64,000 nt of DNA from Octopus vulgaris. Its lineage: Eukaryota. Of the stretch, positions 55,918 through 64,000 are shown one piece after another. The translations under genes were made by a program, and so were the position numbers. The stretch covers positions 72,664,001 to 72,728,000 of the forward strand of contig OX597815.1 of assembly GCA_951406725.2 (NCBI GenBank), in the 5' to 3' direction. Below the pieces are notes generated by a model. That model was not told where the DNA came from. It saw nothing but the letters and a program-made list of their open reading frames with translations, and made no database searches. The number at the start of each line of letters is the position of its first letter. Position 1 is the stretch's first letter.

Positions 55918-58900
55918 TGTGTGTGTGTTTTTATGGGCCTGAAAGAGGAGAACATCATCCTGAGATCTGAAAGGGCCCTTATATAAATAAACATCACTCA
56001 AAAAGCGAATAATGCGTTGGCAGAATTGAGCCATCCGCCATCCCGCACCACTTCCCTCTCCACTTGAAAGTGTATTGTGGCAGTTTGTATGTGTATGGAG
56101 AAGGGGGTGGTTCCTAAAAAGCCAGGACGATTGTAAAAGGATTTGTACGGAACCATCAAACAGTGCAAGATAATAAATGTACCAAATGCTTTTTTTTTTA
56201 TGGTAGTAAAAAGAGTTCCACAAAAACTGAGCGATAACGAAACATTTTACTATAAAGATTTCTTTCTGTACCTTTAAATGAAAGAGAGCTTCAAGGTATT
56301 ATTATTATTGTTGAATAACGATTTTTATCATAAGCACACGGCTACAATTGTTTTTTTTAGTGTATATGTACATACTGTATATGTGAGAAGGACAGTACAG
56401 TTAACTTAATAGTCTTTCCAATATTTGATTGGTACTTATTTGAATGACTGACGGGAAGCTAAGAGCCAAAACTGACCTCAGTGGCATTTGAAACGGTAGA
56501 GACATAACTAAGAATTGAAAGTTCTGTCTGTCTGCCTCTCCACCAACACCCTGAATGAAGTTGAAGGAAACGGTGAAACACACGAGCAAAAGCTTACAGT
56601 ATTTAAAATTCGAATTCTACAATAGAAACGGTTCTATTGTAAAATCTTAACGCATGTGTATTGTCGAAAAGCTAGAAGTTTAAGCTTTTCGTTCGGGAAA
56701 AATTCTTTATCGACCTTATTGTGTTAAAGGACAATATATTTCAGAGATAGGCGATACTAAATAGCCACGGAAGCGACCACGAGAGCGACAGATTCGGATT
56801 TCGGCGTTGTTGCGACTTGTCAATGCAACACACTCGTGACTTTTCCAAAACGTGATCGCATGTGCCAAAGAGAGTGTACAAACAACACACTGGTTTGCAA
56901 TGGTATTGCATAATATAAATCGAGCTATGCAATAGAAGCTTCATCGTATTTTTCTTCCTACCTCTGATTTAAAATCCCATTAAGATTAGTTAAGTTCCCC
57001 TTATTCCATGTGGAGAATAAATAGCTTTAGGTTTGATTTATCTAATTCCTCACCTCACTATTCACGTACCTATTTCAGAAAATGGCTTTGCACCGTGTCA
57101 AAATAAATTATTAATTGCTGATCGATTTGGATTCAATATAAGAACAACATATTCTAAAATTATCAGAGTGTGTACAAGCTACTCCACCTGTCTTTCACAT
57201 GCATTTACATATCCAGAGTTGAGAAGACGTAGTCTTGCTATGGTAAGATAACCTCTATCGCGTTGGTTTCACAAAAAGTTCACTAGGTACTCTGTAAAGT
57301 AGTTGGCATCAAACGTAGAAACCATATAAAAACTGAAACAGAACAGGTCACGGACCCTATCGAACTGTTCGACCTATGCCTACATGGATTCTAATTTTAT
57401 TTTCATCAGTGTTTTACATTAAGGACCAACCCATTAATTAATCATAATATTTTGTAAACATTTTGAGCCTTTCGCAAGAAACGCGAACACCAAAGAAAGC
57501 AGTCAGTGGCAACCAAATATTAAAACAACCATCATGAACGCAGTCTCTTGAGCTATCGAAAGAACATTTATGCAGTCGCTCGAACTACTAAAATTAGCAA
57601 CCAAATTTACATCAAAAATATATATCATACTGTCTTAAAGGGCACATTGGGTTAATGTTGTACTCGATACAGAAAGGCTAAACCAAAAAGAAATGATGTG
57701 ATCACAGCTGGAGTATCTTTGCTTATGTACGTTTGTCCGATAAGGGCTGACTTGAAGCTGAAGGTCAACATATACACTTACTGCCTCCAATATATTTACT
57801 CCACCCCGCACACAAAATCTAGGAAATTCGATAACTTTGGTTGATTAGCTTCCATTTCAGATCTGAGCTTTATATCCCAAAGAGAAAAAGCCAGACAAAA
57901 ACCTTTCAGCTCCATTGCTTCAATCCGTGAAGATTCCATTTTAATCACAACAAGCCCACAATACCGCACAAGTAAACATTATGAACTAACTTAGTTCCTG
58001 AAAATGTTAGATCCATATTACACCCATCCAAGAAAAAAAAAAAAAAAAGTCTTCTAAAAAGTGAGATCACACGTTAGGCCTTTACTAATAACGATGCCTC
58101 TGTCATACAATCACATATTTTGAGGGTAGACTTGTAGTTGATGAGTTCACTTGAACGGTATACTTATTTTATCAGGGCTTCGTAAACAAATGATCAAGTT
58201 TCACTTTATGGGGTTTGAACTCAGAAAACAAAGGGATGTAACTAAATAAGACTGAGAAAGTGGAGAGAAAGAGGTAGCTTTCTTATCTCAAACAACAACA
58301 CTGGCTCCTTTTTCTTTTTAATATTTACTTATTAGAATCATTGGGACTGCGACCATGCTGCAGCACTGCATTGAAGGGTTTAACCAAATCAACCCCAGTA
58401 TTTTTTTTTTTATAAAGTCTGGTACTTCCTTATTCGATCAGTTTTTTTTTTGCCGAACTGTTAGAAAACGGAGACATAAAGAAATCAATATCTATCTACG
58501 TATACACAACGGGTTTCTACACAGTTTCCATTTAACCAAAATCACTCACAGGGCATCGATCGGTCCGAGGCTATAGAAGACACTTGCCCAAGTTGGTTGC
58601 AAAATCAAGCATCTTACCAGCACAACCATAATAGCAATTTCTTATAGACATGGTCAGTCATCAATCTTGAATGAAGAAGGGAAAGTCGGAAGAACCAACT
58701 AGTATATTAATGGCACATATTATATCGACCCTGAAAGGATGACCAAAAAAAAAAAAAAAAAAAAAGAACTGGTAGAAATTCTAGTTATTACGAAGATTTC
58801 TACCAATTTCTATCGCCCTAAGTTATCTGCTCCGAATAGGTACGAATCTAATTGCTAAAAGTTAATTAAAACTATGACAATTTATATAAATATCAGAAGA

Positions 58901-59211
58901 GCTAAAGAGTTATGCCGCAAGAAAGAGTAAGATCCAATGACCAAAGAGTAGATGGATGGGTGGTTTGCCCTGCTCGATCAAGTTAATAATTAATACACGA
59001 AGACACAAACCAATTTTTGAGCGATACAGCCAGTCTCAAAGCATTGGTAGGTATTCCATACACGGCGGTATTAAAACGGTTGATGTAATAAACACATAAG
59101 AACATCCGGGAAGGATGTTTGAATGTGCATTATGGAATTTGGCTATGAGCAAGATCTGTGAGTGGTTAGAAATTAGCAAACTAAAGAAGAAAACTTGAAG
59201 TCTTGAAATGC

Positions 59212-59291
<80 letters not shown>

Positions 59292-59733
59292 ACAAGTATA
59301 TTGCCCGGAGAAAAAGCAAAGATCTTTCTCTCTCTCTCTCTCTCTCTCGAAAATGAGTTGACCTGCGAAAAATGAAATTAAAGGTTGTGTGAAATGAAAG
59401 GAGAGAACAAACTGAAGAAAGCCCACTAGCTCCCAATTTCTTTCATTCGTAATAGAAGCAGAGAACAAAGTAAATTAGCAAATACGCTAACACGGGACTC
59501 ATATTTGGTGAGGGGGGGAGAAGGAGGAGGAAAGTGTGAAGAGAAACAATGAGAGGGGGTTATAAAGAGAAAGGGAAAAAGAGTGGGGGAGGGAGTAAAC
59601 GCAATGCCAATTAAAAGCCAAACAGAGAGAGAGGGAGAAATGATGCTAGTTCCCCGTTTTCAAAGTAGTTGAGCTGTATCTTCCTGGCCAGACTCTTCAT
59701 CAAACAACCTAAAACCAGAAGTGAGCAGACTAT

Positions 59734-59742
59734 CCTTTGATC
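59734..59742 (+). promoter_or_regulatory. Consensus TCF/LEF site in the Axin intron
   Basis: CCTTTGATC, with nearby TTCAAAG (59659), CTTTGAT (60147) and GC-rich helper-like GCGGCGG/TGCGGC (59806-59820). Motif match only. Confidence 0.4.
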
Positions 59743-62600
59743 TACCATCAAATTTCACAACTGAGAAAAATGGGAGAGAACTCGTGTGTGTGTGTGGAGG
59801 GGAAAGCGGCGGGGTGCGGCAATCTGAAAGAAAGAGGACATTTGCTAGCTAGTGATAATAGTTGAAAGTCATGCTTATAGCAGTGGTAAGGAGTGGAGTT
59901 AGGGTAATACGGAGCGGGACGGAGTCGGGGATATGGTAGGGTGGGAGAGAGAGAGAGAGAGAGACGGCAGAGGAAGAGAGCCGGGACGGTGGAACGAGGA
60001 ACGCGGTGGGAAGAGAGAGAGAGAGAGAGACAGAAAGACGAAAGAGGATCTCTCTATCTCTCTCCCCTTCCCAAAACTGAAATGCCAACAACTCTTCTGT
60101 TGCTGTTTGATCAGATCTCAAAAACAAGTCAAAGAAGAGAAACTAGCTTTGATATCGGATACTAATAATTACCTCTTACTCAGCTACTATTAATCAGCAG
60201 ACAGATGGTTGTGTGTGAGAGTGAGAGAGACGGGGAGAGGAGGGGCGAGTAGTAGTAGTAGCAGCAGCAGCAGTGGGAGAGAAAAAGAGAGAGAAGGAGG
60301 GAGACTGAGAAGAACTTGATAGAAATAGCCAAAATAGAGACATACGAGCAGTTCCCCCTTGAAGTGACTGTTAATGTTTTTATTACACAAGCCTACACAC
60401 AAACAAACACACATAAATCAGTGAAGAATACAAAATACAGAATAATAATATAATAATAATAATAATCCTTTCTCTTGGCAGAAGGTCTGGAATTTGTGTG
60501 GAGGGGAATTAGTCATTTACATCGACCCCAGTACTTGACTGGTACTTTATCAACACCGAAAGGATGAAAGGCAATGTTGACATTGGTAGAACTAACTTTG
60601 GCACAAGGCCTGCAGTTTCGAGCTGAAAGCAAGTCGATTACTAGATAAGTACTTTACTTTATCGACCTCGAAAGGACGAAAGACAAAGGTGACCTCGGCG
60701 AGATTTGCATTCAAATTGTAAAAAGTTGAAAACAAAGACTGCAAAATATTTGTTACGCTCTAACGATTTTGTCAGCTCGCCGCCATAACAACAATAAGAG
60801 ACAGAAAAATAAAATTTAAAAAAACAAAAATAGCTGAAAACCGTAATTAAAAATAATGCAAGAGGAAAATATACGGTGGGAGGAGGAAAGGAAAAATAAG
60901 TTAAAAGAAAGAAAATCCCTAGACCAAATTCTAAAAGATATAAAAATAAAGGAGAGACGGGAGCACTATGCAGGCAAATACACGTTCAATTTATAGAAGA
61001 AAAAAGCCAGTGATGAAAAGATATGCTGCAAGATTTGATAAACCTCATCAAATAAGAGGTACAAGATTCCGAGATTCTGTTAAATATTTATGTATAAACT
61101 ATGTAGTTGACATCCACGCCAAATTTGACAATTCTCTGAAAATAGAAAAATACGACGAACAGCTTTGATCGATTTTCGCACCTCATCAGAGGGGTCTTCG
61201 TCACTTGACCAACCCCAGAGAAATAAACAGCCAATCTGTTTATATACTCAATAAAACCAGTATCTAAAGAATGGAGTTTACTGTCTGTTTTCGTCATTTT
61301 CCTGTACGTTCGTTAGCTATTCCCAGTGGCTTTTCGACACGGGCGTCACCGAAAGTGAACAATATCGGCGTTAAAGACGCGAAACTGCAATGATCTTTTG
61401 GACGTTGGCTGATGAGGAATTAGCTACTACGAAATTCCTGTTTGCTAGGTTTTTGTAAAAAATTTTTGTTTGTTGCATCTTTAAATTTTTGAACTAAATA
61501 TAGTGGTCTTCCATGTAAGTAGATGCTTTCGTTAACTCTTTTAGGTACCTATGTAGTCGCGACCCACCTTTGACCTAGTGGAATGTGCAGAGATGGGTGG
61601 AGAGAGAGATTATCTGAACTCAGAACGTAAAATGATACGAATACCACAAGACATTTTGTGAACAACTCTACCGAGTCTTCCAATAGTAACATCAAATTAG
61701 TTATCAATCAAGAAAAATAATTCCACCATGAACTACTAAAGGTACAAAGAACCAATGTGCTTATCGATATTTGATACTCGGGTGTTAAGTGGGAACAATA
61801 CAGCTCGTATCTAAATGTTATTTACTTGCAACAATTCCAGAAAGGTTCCTCGTTTACAGTTAAGTAAATAGAGACATTGGATTGCTTACAGCAGCCGTGG
61901 TTATTGGTTTAAGCAATCCATTTCGAGAAAACATGATCCTGAGTTCGATTCCCCTGCGCGGCACATTGGGCAAGTATCTTCTAGCACAGCGCCTGCCAGA
62001 CCAATAAACTTGCCAGTATATATATATATATATATATTGCGCGCACACGCCTTTAACAATAATAATATTCATAAAATTCAAAACGTCCCTGAAGAAATGA
62101 CTTATGTGACCACAACCATTTATTCTGGCAGAATCGTTAGCACGCAGGGTGAAATGCTTAGCGCCATTTCGTCCGTCTGAGTTCAAATTCCACCGAGGCC
62201 GACTATGCCTTTCATCTTTTCGGGCTCGATAAAATAAGTACCAGTTGAGCACTGGAGTCGATGTAATCAACTTCTCTCTCCCCACAAATTTCAGGCCATG
62301 GGCCTATAGTAGAAAGGATTATTATTATTATAACTATAACAATGGTTATTAATTATTAATCATGTTATATAACAAAGATAATCGTATCATATAATTTGCT
62401 GCTAATAATAATTAGGTGATTGTTGAACATTCATGATACTCATCGATCGAAATGGCTGTAAAAGCAAAATAAAGTTGTGGAATATGATGGGATATTGCGT
62501 CTTTTTAATTTCTTAAAGTTCCTAAACCTAACGTTTGAAAGATCTTTTCAAGTTGAAAATGCCTCAAGTATTACAGGGGAGGGGGACAATTTGTTCTTCA

Positions 62601-62990
62601 TCTATTATATAAAATCCGTTCTGTCTGTGTGTGTCTTCTAGGATCTCGGGCATCCTCCATCCCATTGCACTCAAATTTGATATGTTGATACCGACGGTAT
62701 CAAGGCGTGTATAAGTCTCGAAAAAAATTTAAAAAATCGAATTCCAGGTGAGAATGCGATCGATAAAGCCGTGGGAACGTGCATTTGTACGCGCAATTAC
62801 ATCAGCTGTTGCGATCGATACTACGCGTACGCGAGAAAAATGCACGTGCAGTTTGCGCAAAAAAAAAAAAAAGCCGGCTGGTTTGAAATAATGCCACAAA
62901 ATGGGACGGTCGGACAAGTTTTGAGAAAATTTGGTTTAAATGTTTGCCTTCTCAGTACCGTCCATTGGACGGAGGGGGGACGTTTTGCTC
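62601..62990 (+). mobile_element. Non-autonomous Helitron-like element, 5' part
   Basis: A|TCTATTATATAAAATCCGTTCTGTCTG start and homology to 16380-16925; the 3' end was not located. Confidence 0.6.
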
Positions 62991-64000
62991 GTTATAACAT
63001 ATTTAGAAGAGCAATTATGTGCTTGTCGAATGTACATTGAAGCGAAAACCGAAAAATCGGCGCGGTTTAAATTGTTCTGCACTGAATTACAGATATTCTA
63101 TTGACATTCTCACTGTCACAACAGCAGTGATTGACCAGTTTATTGAAAGCCTGTAACAAATGTTGCATAAATCACCTCGCGGAATTAGCTGTTAAAATAC
63201 TGCCTGAAACTCGGCAAATACTTGTATTGGCGCTTACCCTTAAGAATGGATAGCATTCGACTTCCCACATAAAAACGATCGAATTTACACGGAGTGTGAA
63301 TAGAGATTTTGTGTCTAGGATAAAACCGAATTTTACACTGGAAATATATGGAAGTTATTTTGAGCTTTTAAGTACGAACAGTAAAATTTCCTTCTAATTG
63401 GGCACAGGCCAGCAATTCTGAAAGGAAAGATTCCACTGACCAGTGCTTAATAGATACTTTATTCTATCGATCTACGAAATTATGTAAGTCAAAAATGACT
63501 TCGGTGGGATTTGAACTCCGGATATAAAGAGCCGGAACAAATAACGCTCAAAAATTTTGCCAGCTCACCGGAAGAGGCCTATTGCTGACTGAGCACCGGA
63601 TTAAAATGGGGAGCTGATAACAGGAAAACTTAGGGGTTTCCCCTCGATTTGTAGAACTATTGTTGGTCATTGAGCCAACCATCTTATTTGTTCATATAAG
63701 AAATGAATATGCAAACTTTCTACTAACAAACCAAACACTTCAGATTAAACGCCAAAATAGCCTTGCACATGCTGTTTTGTATATAAAAATTTGTTGTTAA
63801 AGGCTTTCGGCTTCAACAATTTAATACCTCCTCACATTGCTAGTTTAGCTCAGTTAATAAATGGTTTATGTTATACTAAGTCTAAGACTTACAACATGCT
63901 AGAAGCTTTATTCTACAACAAAGAGATAAGGCGACTAATTGGCGAAGTCGTTGAAGTGTCCGATGGAACAGTTTGCAATATCTGTTCTGATATCCAGTGT

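Noticed and set aside
56618-56641. Perfect 10-bp hairpin TACAATAGAA-ACGG-TTCTATTGTA
   Set aside because: Short AT-rich palindrome with no other support; too short for a pre-miRNA and plausible by chance.
51000-64000. Further upstream Axin exons
   Set aside because: No ORF or splice-bounded segment with RGS, GSK3-binding or beta-catenin-binding similarity was seen. A micro-exon cannot be excluded by eye.

Overview
Eukaryotic, AT-rich, repeat-dense DNA. The SINE/LINE repertoire and microsatellite load look like a coleoid cephalopod (Octopus-like); this assignment is an inference. The only host gene I can support is the 3' half of an Axin gene on the minus strand: five coding exons at 46262-50914 with all GT-AG junctions in frame, ending in a DIX domain, a probable long 3' UTR, and an upstream intron of more than 13 kb that runs off the window. 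The first ~41 kb is mostly transposon debris. It holds an L1/Tx1-type LINE whose RT domain is deleted in frame, RTE and CR1 fragments, three tRNA-derived SINE families, MITEs and non-autonomous Helitrons. It also holds a decayed Gypsy LTR element with nested insertions: two MITEs, a Helitron inside a Helitron, and a SINE whose internal microsatellite took up a CR1 3' end and a Naiad-type Penelope element with an inverted pLTR. The main non-obvious signals are several type-I hammerhead ribozyme motifs beside microsatellites, a SINE/LINE shared 3' stem-loop with a compensatory change, a filled/empty SINE site pair, and high-affinity TCF/LEF motifs in a TE-poor part of the Axin introns. Most long ORFs in the track are microsatellite artefacts. 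I see no CRISPR array, rRNA gene or bona fide tRNA gene, and I cannot claim a new biological system with confidence.
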